NCBI GenBank assembly: GCA_950097015.1
Contig: CATNEN010000010.1
Coordinates: 558,001 to 622,000, forward strand
DNA length: 64,000 nt
From: Macrostomum hystrix
Taxonomy: Eukaryota > Animalia > Platyhelminthes
Direction of reading: 5' to 3'
The position numbers were made by a program, and so were the translations under genes. The first letter of the stretch is position 1. Every line of letters starts with the position of its first letter. The notes under the pieces were generated by a model. The model saw only the letters and a list, made by a program, of their open reading frames with translations, searched no databases and was not told where the DNA came from. Shown one piece after another: positions 12,773-22,238 of this stretch.

Positions 12773-12924
12773 CTCGCAAGCAATTAATAGAAAAGTAGTC
12801 ACGAATTGACCTTGACCTGTCTAACTCTAAACTCTGAAACAGTTTAATTTTGTTTCTTTGACATTGTTATTGTTATGCCATGGCTATTTTCCTTATGTAT
12901 ACGCGTGTACATGCATACTGTATA

Positions 12925-13184
12925 CAGAGGCAGATTTAGGGGGGGGTGGGCGGGGGGCAGTCGCCCCCCCCCCAAAATTTTAATCATGGGAATAAGATGC
13001 CCCCACCAGGGGCGCCAGTCGCAGCACTGGCGCCCCTTTTCGGCCGCTGGCGCCCCTTTTTCAGCCGCTGGCTCCCGTTTTTCAGCCGCTGGCGCCCTTT
13101 TTCGGCCGCTGGCACCCCCTCTGTGATTCTCATGGCGCTCCCCTGACAGACCGCCCCAAAACAAAATTCCTGGATCTGCCACTG
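12925..13184. mobile_element. hAT-type MITE, 260 bp, inside the Helitron
   Basis: TIRs CAGAGGCAGATTTAGG / reverse complement CAGTGGCAGATCCAGG; perfect 8-bp TSD ACTGTATA (12917-12924, 13185-13192); internal ~21-bp repeats. Confidence 0.9.
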
Positions 13185-13684
13185 ACTGTATAGAGGAGTG
13201 GCTAATAGACATGTTTCTAAAGAAGTAATCAAGAGGGGGCTGTTTGGACAAACTTTTCACTTATTTTTTACTTAAAACGCCCTTAAACAAACTCTTCACT
13301 TTTCATTAATGCAGTAAATAAATAAATGGTGACCTTCACTATAAAGTTATGTGGTGCCGGTGTCTCTGGCCTTGTGGTTTTGTTAGGCCTTCCTCACCCA
13401 ACGCCGTCTTGGCTGCCCGGTGCCCGGTGCCGCCATCTGATTGGCTGGGCGCGGGCCTTGTGTGCCTATCCTACCCCAGCCCTGCGTGGCTTTGCCCTCA
13501 CGCCAATCAGCTCTGCGTAGCTTTGCCCGTCCACCCGTCCAGCGCGTACAACCCAACCCCCCCAGCGCGCTGTAGGCTTTGTTTGTGCTCCGCCCATGTC
13601 TGCCCCCTTGTCAGCCCTTAAGGTATCGTTTTCTGCCCGGGCCAAGGCTACCTCTCTCTCCCCTTGCGAACTTTAAAAGATCGT

Positions 13685-13728
13685 GCCGTAAAGACGGTCT
13701 CTTACTGCGAAGGCTCAATTTATTGCAT
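13685..13728 (+). ncRNA. Flatworm spliced-leader exon-like sequence (non-canonical copy)
   Basis: GCCGTAAAGACGGTCTCTTACTGCGAAGGCTCAATTTATTGCAT: 5' stem CCGT/ACGG, TTACT and ATTT.TTGCAT as in flatworm SLs; near-identical to the Macrostomum SL as recalled. Lacks the terminal G of AUG and the adjacent GT donor. Confidence 0.75.
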
Positions 13729-14117
13729 AGCGAAGTGATTATTGAATAGTGATTCCGAGTGCATGGTTTATTAAAGTGCAAAAATTGCCGACAAATACAT
13801 TCAGCGTCATCCTGCCATCCTATCGTGCGTCCCGACCGGTAAGCACTGTATTTGTGTCTGTCCTTTCGGGGTGCCAGGTCCGCACGGAGTACTGTAATAA
13901 TCTTAGAAGTACTGTGTGAGCGTCCTAACGCCACCAGTCCCTGACTGCAACAGAGCGTCCTAACGCCTGGTTCAGTGATCGATAATATTTTACTTAATAG
14001 GGCTGTCGGCCGGGGATCTCAAACCGACCACTGTCACTACAGTTAATACAGAGACGTGAATTGCTTACTGCTTTGCTTTAAATTTCTGCCCCAAAAACAA
14101 CGGGCAAAAAAAGCTAG

Positions 14118-17100
14118 TACTATATAGAACTGACCTCAGCCCAACAGCTGTCATCGGAGAGTATCCAGGAGTATTTTGACCGCCTCATAGGCCTAGCAAA
14201 TGCCGCGGACATGAGCCGCTCTGAGTACGAGCCCCTAGTAAGGACGCGGTTTTGCTATGGCTTGGCTGACAAAACTATTGCCGAAAAACTTATCAATATG
14301 CTGCATGAAGCACCCAGGGCTTCACTGGAGAGACTCCTAGCTAGGGCTCGAGACACAGATCAAACTAGGCAGCTGCTCAAACTGACTGAGCAACCCAAGG
14401 TTAGAAGTGTTGAAGCAGACGAGATCCGAGCCCTGAAGGCGAGAATAGCAGAACTGGAGAAGAAACAGTCAGGGCCACAACAAAGCACACAGAAACCTAC
14501 TAATAGCAACAGTGGTGGCCATAGGCACAACTTTCATTCTCAGAAGTCCCCCCAGGACTACTCTAGTCATGCCCGAATGAGCGGCGCCCTACCTAAATGC
14601 TTCAGGTGTAGTGAGACTGGCCACCTCATTGCCGAATGCCCCTATCCTAGAGAGCCAGGTACTGGTGCGCCACCCTCGAAGTTCAGGACCCCGCAACCCT
14701 TTAGGGAACCAAAAAGTTTTAAGCCAAATGCGAGTTCGAGGCCACCCAGAGAGAAGGGGGTAGTGACTCATTGGAAAGACTCTTACGGGTTCATACAGTC
14801 CTCTCAGATAGGCGACTCTGTTTTTGCGCACCTGTCTCAGTTGGTCCAGCCCCTGTTGGACCTGGCCTTAAGCCACCAGCTAGTGGGTACCAGCGTGACA
14901 TTCAGCCGTGTCGCCGACGCTGGCAAGTCTAGAGACAAAGCTATTAGTGTGACAGCTACGTCGACGGACCCTAAGTGTGCTGAAGTGTCTTCAGACCTAC
15001 CCAGTTACAAGGCAGGATTCTATGTTCAGGTTGAGATTGGCGAGACCAAGACTGTTGCCCTTCTAGATCCCGGTGCCAATGCCTCTCTGATTTGCCCGAA
15101 GATGCGAGACAAGCTCCTAGAAGCTGATCCAATCAATAATGTCTTCACCCCTGCGCGCACCCAGCGCACAGCTACTGGTTTCAATGGGGCTAGTTCGCAA
15201 ATACTAGGCAAGCTCCAGTGCGAAGTGAGTTTAGGCAAATTAAAACAGCAGCACATATTCTTAGTGATTGAAGGCCAGTTATCCGAGATCCTGCTAGGGT
15301 TGGACTTCTGTGGTAATTTCCAAATCGTCATGGACATGGCCTGTGACCGTGTGACCTGCGCTGGAGAGTACGTCCCAATTTTTCGCGGCACCAATGCGAT
15401 CTGTAGCGTGAATCGCGTTGTGGCCGCTTGCGATACAGTCCTGCCACCCCGCTCAGAAACGCTGATCCCAGCTAGGGCTATAGACGCTGAGAGCAGTTCC
15501 TATGGCGTTGTTAGTGCCAGATTATTCGACCCCGACCCGTCTATCATAGTCGCCAATTCATTGGACCAGGTCAGCCCCACTAGTCACGTGTTAGTCAGAG
15601 TCCTAAACAGCGGCGAAGATGAGGTGAGGATTGCCAAGGGCGAGGAGGTAGCGTCTTTCAAGAAGCTAGGAGCTGATGAGAGCGTAGTGAGTACCAGACT
15701 TAGTGAGAGTGATTTCAGCATTGACAACGAGAGCGCGCTTAATGATAAGCTGTGCAAGCTGCCCTACCCAGATCCAGGGACAACCAAGTGGCTCTTAGAC
15801 CAATTTCACCTGCAGGAGCGTAACCTGACCCAGGAGCAGCTGGATACGACAGTAAAAATGCTGAACTATTTTCTTAGCCAGATCTCGAAATCGGAAGCAG
15901 GCATCGGTAGAACCCCTCTGCATGAACTGTCAATCGAGTTAAAGGACCCGAAGTGTCGCCCGATTTCTCAGCCATCGAGGCGAACAACCCCAGCGCAAAA
16001 GGAATTTCTGGATAAGTACATCGCCCAGCTCCTAAACCAGGGAGTTGTTGAAGAGTGCGACTCCGAGTGGGCCTCACCCATTGTGCTTGTGAAAAAGAAG
16101 GACGGTACATGGCGCCTTTGCGTAGATTACCGTGCGCTTAACAAGCACATAAAGCCGTGCTCTTTCCCGCTGCCCTTGATAGACGAATCTTTCGATAGCT
16201 TAGCGGGATCCGCCGTCTTTAGTAGTTTAGATCTGACGAGCGCCTACTGGCAGGTAGGGATCCGGGAAGCTGACCGAGACCTCACCGCGTTCTCATGTCC
16301 CCAGGGCACCTTTCGTTGGACCGTAGTCCCCTATGGGATCAAGACCGCGCCTGCAAGTTTCGCCAGGCTGATGCACCGCGTGTTTCGCCCTCTTTTGCTC
16401 AGGGTTAGCCTAATTTACCTAGACGATGTCATCATCAAGGCCAGAAACAACGACGAGATGATTTCCCATCTGGCGCTAGTTTTCTGGCAGCTTAGAAAAG
16501 CGAATCTGAAAATCAGACCCTCGAAGTGTGAGCTCTTCAAGGACAAACTGAAGTTTCTGGGATTCATAGTCTCCTCAAAAGGGATAGAGGCCGATCCGAC
16601 CAAAACTGAGGCCGTTCAACAGTGGTGTACACCTAGGGATAAGAAGCAGCTTCTCTCCTTCCTGGGATTTGCCAATTACTACAGAAAGTTTGTCCCTAGG
16701 TTCTCCATCATAGCCACGCCTCTGTATGCCCTAGCCAAGAGCTCTGAGAAATTTGTTTGGCGCCAAGTGCACGAGGCCGCTTTCCAAGAACTAAAGTCCA
16801 GCCTATGTAATCCACCAGTGCTGAGATACCCAGACCTGAGTCCCACAGCGGGCACCTTTGTTCTAGACTGCGACAGCTCCCTTGACGGTGTGGGAGCAGT
16901 CCTTTCCCAACTAGATGGGAACGACGTAGAACAAGTGATTGCCTACGCTTCTAAAAAATTCACCAGCGCGCAGCGAAACTATTGCGCCACCTTGAGGGAG
17001 CTCCTAGGTCTGGTTCTTATGTTAGAGCAGTTCAGAACTTACTTACTTGACCGGGAGTTCCTAGTGCGAACAGATGCGATTGCTCTGAAGTGGTTACACT

Positions 17101-19853
17101 CAAAAAAACACGCAACCGGAATGCTCGCCCAATGGTTGGTCACACTAGAGCCTTACACCTTCAAGGTAGACCAGACTCCACTGGAGAGAATAGCGGAGTA
17201 CGATTTTAAAATCTCCCACAGAGCCGGGGAATCCCACGTTAATGCGGATGTTTTGAGTCGCAACCCGAAGTTCAGAGCAGACCATTTCGACTGCCCAACC
17301 TGTAGCCTGATCCCAGAATTTATATCCAAGTTCCAGAAGGGAAAAAAACCAGCGCCATCGGATGTTAGTGAGGTCAAAATCAGCCGTATGTGTGTCAGTA
17401 CTCAGACTCTAGTCACAACTGGCTGTCAGACCACCGAGCTGATATTCGACTCAGCGATTCAGCTTCAAAATGAGCCGGTTACAGACTTAGCAGTTCAGAC
17501 TGACCTCCAACGGGTCCCTGAGATCCCTGAGCCTAATCAAGCTAGCAAGCGCCCAGTCATCCCAACCTCGTCTGCAGGTACTCAGGTAGACACCAAACCT
17601 AAACCGGAAACACCGCCATCAGCCGCAGCACATGCTGTGCAAGTCCAGGTCTCGGATAGGTCCACGATCGCAGACGAAGTTCTAGACCCAGGCAGTGATA
17701 ACGAAGATGAGGCGGGGGCTGAACAGAGAGAAAGAGAATGGGCCCGTAGTGCTCAGGATTCAAACATTGATCTTGTTTTCCTGAGAGATGCTGTAGCTGG
17801 AAAGGTAGAGAGGTTGTCTAAGCAGGAGCTCCAAGGTTGCAGTCGTGAGCTCAGAGCCTTATGGGCTATGTTTGACGAACTGTCTGTTGAGGACGATCTG
17901 CTGCTTCGGAACAAGCCAGCCAAGAAAAGGAAGCCCGCTGCCAAGCTTACGGTCATCCCTGAGTCTGCGAATGTAGATGAGCTAGTGACCAACTACCACA
18001 GAGCCGTTAATCACTCGGGGATAAACAAGACTTTAGGAGTGGTAAAAAAGAACTTTCAAATCTCGAACCTAGAAACTATAGTCAAGGGAGTCGTAGCTAG
18101 CTGTGAGATTTGCGCTAGGACTAAGAAATGCAAGCGAAAGAACAAAGCTCCGATGCAGCCAACCCTAGCCGGGTACCCGAACCAGGTCGTGCATGTAGAC
18201 CATTGCGGACCGTTCCCTGAACAGGAAGGCTACCGGTATCTGCTTGTAATGATTGACAGATTCACCGGATTTGTGGAAATTGTCCCTGTGAAAGACGTAA
18301 CTGCCGAGACAACCGCGGCAGCAATCCTGACAGAGTGGATTGTTCGCTACGGTGCTATGGAGCAAATGGTCTCGGACAATGGCACAGCATTCATAAATAA
18401 CATTGTTGCAGAGCTGACCCGCTTGCTAGAGATCGATACCGTTAGAATCACTGCTCGCCGCCCCCAGGCCAACGGGAAGGTGGAACGCAACATCCAGACT
18501 ATTAAGAGTCAAATTCGAGCAGTCTGTGCTGAGAGGCATGTGACTTGGCCCTTTGCCGCTAGGTGTGTAGGAATGAGCATCCGCTCTCTAGAATCCGAAT
18601 CGACAGGCATGACACCTGCTAAGCTTTTTCTGGGCCGTGAATTTCAAATGCCCCTAGACCTGATGTACAACCCACCAAGGCAAGATTGCTATGACCCGGA
18701 CAGTTACGCGCACCGACTCCACCGAACTCTTGTCGAAACCTCTGCCACCGCACGGGCTGTTAGGAAGAAGGCACAGGCTAGGCAGAAGCGTTACTATGAC
18801 AGATCGGTTTATAAGTCAAGCTACGAGGTTGGAGAGCTAGTGTGGGTTCTAAACCCCGACCACAAAGGCCTCGACCCAGCTGTTTGGTTTGGTCCGTACA
18901 AGGTTATTCAGAAGGTCTCTGAGAGAAACTATAGGTTGATTCCAGAGTTTTCGCGAGAGAATCCGTTCAGAGTACCGAATCCTAGTCACAACATCTATAA
19001 CGTAGACCGGATGAAGAGGTGCATCCGCCAGCCAAACTATCAGGATGTGGTTGATAGATTTAGATTAGACACCGTAGCAAGGATGCCACGCTCATCTAAG
19101 CTAGGACAAGGAGATCTGGATTCCAGCTCCAGACAGCTGAGCTTTAGTTCTGACTCGACTTCCGAACCAGACTTGGTCACTGTCCCACCTGCGGGTCAGA
19201 AGAGCCGCTCTTTTCCGAGAAGCCAATCGTCATCAATCACACAGCCAGTCGAACAGCCAATCACACAGCCAGTTCAACAGCCAATCACACAGCCAGTTCA
19301 ACAGCCAATCACACAGACAGTTCAACAGCCAATCACACAGCCAGTCGAACAGCCAATCACACAGCCAGTTCAACAGCCAATCACACAGCCAGTTCAACAG
19401 CCAATCACACAGACAGTTCAACAGCCAATCACACAGCCAGTTCAACAGCCAATCACACAGCCAGTTCAACAGCCAATCACACAGACAGTTCAACAGCCAA
19501 TCAAAACACTGCCAGTGGAACAGCCAAATGCTCAACCAGTCACTAAACCAGAGTCACCACCCGAGGTGCAACCTGAACAAGCACCACAAGCAGTAAACAT
19601 TGTCAATAATGAACAGGTGCCAGACATCGGTGCTGAAGTTGAAGTCACAGCAGAGCCAAATCCAGATCCTCAGGCAACAGCAATACCAAATCTGCCACCA
19701 GAACCACAACCACAAATAGAACACGAACACGATCAGACAGACCAGGCACAGAGACCAGCTTGCACTGTTACGAGGTCCGGCCGGCAAGTAAGGCCGCCGG
19801 TCAGATTCCTTTCCACGCTGGTCAATCTGTTCAGGAGAGGTAGCGAGAGCTAA
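14118..19853 (+). CDS. Gag C-terminus + Pol, single open frame (CCHC knuckle, cold-shock domain, protease, dUTPase-like, RT, RNase H, integrase)
   Basis: Knuckle CFRCSETGHLIAEC 14598-14639; CSD ~14748-14957; LLDPGA 15060-15077; YLDD 16416; RNase H DCDSS / RELLG / TDA; integrase HHCC, VDHCGP, SDNG, NGKVE; GPY motif; terminal TRSGR. No stop in 1911 codons. Confidence 0.96.
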   Translation, partial: YYIELTSAQQLSSESIQEYFDRLIGLANAADMSRSEYEPLVRTRFCYGLADKTIAEKLINMLHEAPRASLERLLARARDTDQTRQLLKLTEQPKVRSVEADEIRALKARIAELEKKQSGPQQSTQKPTNSNSGGHRHNFHSQKSPQDYSSHARMSGALPKCFRCSETGHLIAECPYPREPGTGAPPSKFRTPQPFREPKSFKPNASSRPPREKGVVTHWKDSYGFIQSSQIGDSVFAHLSQLVQPLLDLALSHQLVGTSVTFSRVADAGKSRDKAISVTATSTDPKCAEVSSDLPSYKAGFYVQVEIGETKTVALLDPGANASLICPKMRDKLLEADPINNVFTPARTQRTATGFNGASSQILGKLQCEVSLGKLKQQHIFLVIEGQLSEILLGLDFCGNFQIVMDMACDRVTCAGEYVPIFRGTNAICSVNRVVAACDTVLPPRSETLIPARAIDAESSSYGVVSARLFDPDPSIIVANSLDQVSPTSHVLVRVLNSGEDEVRIAKGEEVASFKKLGADESVVSTRLSESDFSIDNESALNDKLCKLPYPDPGTTKWLLDQFHLQERNLTQEQLDTTVKMLNYFLSQISKSEAGIGRTPLHELSIELKDPKCRPISQPSRRTTPAQKEFLDKYIAQLLNQGVVEECDSEWASPIVLVKKKDGTWRLCVDYRALNKHIKPCSFPLPLIDESFDSLAGSAVFSSLDLTSAYWQVGIREADRDLTAFSCPQGTFRWTVVPYGIKTAPASFARLMHRVFRPLLLRVSLIYLDDVIIKARNNDEMISHLALVFWQLRKANLKIRPSKCELFKDKLKFLGFIVSSKGIEADPTKTEAVQQWCTPRDKKQLLSFLGFANYYRKFVPRFSIIATPLYALAKSSEKFVWRQVHEAAFQELKSSLCNPPVLRYPDLSPTAGTFVLDCDSSLDGVGAVLSQLDGNDVEQVIAYASKKFTSAQRNYCATLRELLGLVLMLEQFRTYLLDREFLVRTDAIALKWLHSKKHATGMLAQWLVTLEPYTFKVDQTPLERIAEYDFKISHRAGESHVNADVLSRNPKFRADHFDCPTCSLIPEFISKFQKGKKPAPSDVSEVKISRMCVSTQTLVTTGCQTTELIFDSAIQLQNEPVTDLAVQTDLQRVPEIPEPNQASKRPVIPTSSAGTQVDTKPKPETPPSAAAHAVQVQVSDRSTIADEVLDPGSDNEDEAGAEQREREWARSAQDSNIDLVFLRDAVAGKVERLSKQELQGCSRELRALWAMFDELSVEDDLLLRNKPAKKRKPAAKLTVIPESANVDELVTNYHRAVNHSGINKTLGVVKKNFQISNLETIVKGVVASCEICARTKKCKRKNKAPMQPTLAGYPNQVVHVDHCGPFPEQEGYRYLLVMIDRFTGFVEIVPVKDVTAETTAAAILTEWIVRYGAMEQMVSDNGTAFINNIVAELTRLLEIDTVRITARRPQANGKVERNIQTIKSQIRAVCAERHVTWPFAARCVGMSIRSLESESTGMTPAKLFLGREFQMPLDLMYNPPRQDCYDPDSYAHRLHRTLVETSATARAVRKKAQARQKRYYDRSVYKSSYEVGELVWVLNPDHKGLDPAVWFGPYKVIQKVSERNYRLIPEFSRENPFRVPNPSHNIYNVDRMKRCIRQPNYQDVVDRFRLDTVARMPRSSKLGQGDLDSSSRQLSFSSDSTSEPDLVTVPPAGQKSRSFPRSQSSSITQPVEQPITQPVQQPITQPVQQPITQTVQQPITQPVEQPITQPVQQPITQPVQQPITQTVQQPITQPVQQPITQPVQQPITQTVQQPIKTLPVEQPNAQPVTKPESPPEVQPEQAPQAVNIVNNEQVPDIGAEVEVTAEPNPDPQATAIPNLPPEPQPQIEHEHDQTDQAQRPACTVTRSGRQVRPPVRFLSTLVNLFRRGSES
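19235..19503 (+). repeat. Coding 24-bp tandem repeat, 11 units (ITQPVQQP), in integrase tail
   Basis: Unit ATCACACAGCCAGTTCAACAGCCA with a recurring pattern of variants. Confidence 0.93.
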
Positions 19854-20530
19854 GGTGTAGTCGTGTCGTATGCTGCCTGTGTTCTGTGTGCCTGTTAGCT
19901 TTTCTTTAATAGCTTTCGCCAATCTTTTCATTTTGTCATTAGTTTAGTATCTCTGCGGTCGAGCCTTGAATCTTCGGATTAGGTTTTGGCCATAGAGTAG
20001 CCTTTGTCGTAGTCATTGTTTGTAGCCTGTAGTTAGGAGCTTAGCTTGGCTGCGGCCGCTGGTGCTGTAGTCGAGGCCGTCCAGGTTTTCGCTCCGCCGC
20101 CGATTCGCCGAAATTTTCGCCAGTCCTAGACAATTCTCGTGTTTGTCTATTTGTCAGTTTTGTTTAAAAAAAATAAAAAAACATTGCATTTGCTAAAACA
20201 AAAATATTTTCAATTCCTTTATTGCCTCTGCGGTTTGATGACGTTGTTCAATTTGCCAATATCTTGCTGAATTTTGCCTTTGGTTTTTGTTCGAATTTTT
20301 GCCATTCGTCGTTCAGTTTTGCCACTCGATATTCCGTTTTTGCCGTTCGTCTTTGAAATTTAATGCCTGTTTTTGTGTCACTTGAAACTGCCATTGTTAA
20401 CCTTATTTTCAAAATATTTCTAGACAGCTATTCTAATAACTCTAATAACGTAGCAACAATTTTGAAATCGTTTTTTTCGCTAGCCATTTCGATGTTCGTA
20501 GCCACTACTGTTAGTAGGCCATTAAGCTTC

Positions 20531-20545
20531 TGAGAGGGAGGCGAG
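20531..20545 (+). promoter_or_regulatory. Polypurine tract
   Basis: TGAGAGGGAGGCGAG immediately before the 3' LTR. Confidence 0.85.
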
Positions 20546-21003
20546 TGTGACGTTGTCTCTCTAATTTAATGTAATTTTAATATGCTATTTCTAATTAAGT
20601 GCATTATTTTCGTTAGCTATAATTGTTAGAGATATTTCTTTGGTTTTACATTAATATTTATAATGGTTTTGTTTTAGTGTACTACATAGTCGTAGTTCGT
20701 ATTCAAATGTGCTAATTAGGCCTTTCCAGGAAGGCTCCCAACCCACACCCCCCGTGCCTGGTTCTGGTTCTACGACTGAGTGCTGGCTATTATTTAAGTG
20801 TGGCTAATTTCAACTGTAGCCGTAACTACTTTCAAGTGAATCTTGATTCATCTAACATATCTCTAAGTCATATAGCCAGCATTCACCGTTAAGCGATCTC
20901 GTTATTTGAAGACCCAATTTACTGCCGAATAATAATTTACCTTACTGCTATTCAAATAGACCGAACCGCTACGCCTATACATTGGGACCGAAACTTCGTC
21001 ATA
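20546..21003 (+). repeat. 3' LTR
   Basis: 458-bp direct repeat of 9477-9934. Confidence 0.97.
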
Positions 21004-21475
21004 GTGGTGGCAGTTGTTTTGTCTGCCGCCAGTTTGTCTGCTCAGCAGACAAAATTTAAAATCAGTTTATCTGCCATCCAATAGTGGGTGAATTGGTGTT
21101 GGAGCAAAAAGCTAGTGATGAAAATGAAACCAGCTCCTCTGCCAACCAAAGTCCAAAATAGCATTCATAATTCCAGTGAATTTATGTTTAATTTGTTAAC
21201 TTGATTTGATCAACACCAAAACTTCTGACAACCTGGCACAACATATATATATTAGGCAGTTCCAAAGATCTTAAAAAACAATGATTGATAGGCCCCCCTT
21301 TTGCTGGTATCGTATCATTGATTAATTGTATATTGTATCATACATATCATTGCTGGTTGTATTTTGAATAATGATATATATCAAATGGACTTCCTGCCCA
21401 GGATAGACTATGTATGTCTAGACCAAACAATAAAATATCACTGACCAATTCAATGTCACAATTTCATTGTAGATA

Positions 21476-22238
21476 TCAAGGACCACTGTAGTATAACAGG
21501 ACAGGAAACTCAAAGATCATGTAAATTTTTAGAAGGCCGATTTCCTGGAAAAATACACTGCGGAGATAGGAAAAAGTCATTTTTCAGCACATAATCAACA
21601 ATTGCTTTTGATCTGGAGCAAGTACAAATCTGTTTATCTTAGTACAGCATGCCCAACATTAAGCTCCATTGTTTTTATATAGCTTTGTTTATAAAAGTCT
21701 TATTTTCATATGTAACTTCATATCATATCATATTTTCATACTAATAGCCAAAAAAACTTACTATAAGTATATCAGTAGCAACTATATAGCTATAAGGTAC
21801 AACAAATTTCAAAATGATTTAAATGCAACCAAGTAAGTTAATTAATTTTTTTGGCTGTTAGTTTTGCCAAACTATTTAGCTAATATGTTAATTCAAACAA
21901 TTTAGGCCAAATTGAGAATATTTAGCTATCATATTTTGAGCTATTAAATGTGCTAGTCTATAGTCTATATAGATTCAAGACACTATTATATTATATAAAT
22001 ATATGAAAATAAGACTTTTATAAACAAAGCTATATAAAAACAATGGAGCTTAATGTTGGGCATGCTGTACTAAGATAAACGGATTTTTACTTGCTCCAGA
22101 TCAAAAACTATAGTTGATTATGTGCTGAAAAAATGACTTTTTCCAATCTCCGCAGTGTATTTTTTCCAGGAAATCGGCCTTCTAAAAATTTACATGATCT
22201 TTGAGTTTCCCGTCCTGTTATACTACAGTGGTCCTTGG
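21476..22238. mobile_element. Non-autonomous DNA element with ~235-bp terminal inverted repeats
   Basis: 21477-21711 is the near-perfect reverse complement of 22001-22237 (end CAAGGACCACTGTAGTATAAC); TA on both flanks (21474-75, 22239-40); AT-rich ~290-bp spacer, no ORF. Confidence 0.85.

Larger units (their letters stand above)
11512..14117 (+). mobile_element. Non-autonomous (internally deleted) Helitron, 2606 bp
   Basis: Inserted at A^T without TSD; 5' TCTATATATATAAAAG then (CTGT)n; 3' TGCCC-10nt-GGGCA hairpin (14087-14106) and CTAG end; carries a helicase fragment. Removing it restores the Gag frame exactly. Confidence 0.93.
9477..21003 (+). mobile_element. Full-length Ty3/Gypsy LTR retrotransposon (interrupted by a Helitron)
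   Basis: Two 458-bp LTRs, 4-bp TSD GTGG (9473-9476 / 21004-21007), PBS, PPT, and Gag-PR-RT-RNaseH-IN domain order. Confidence 0.97.
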
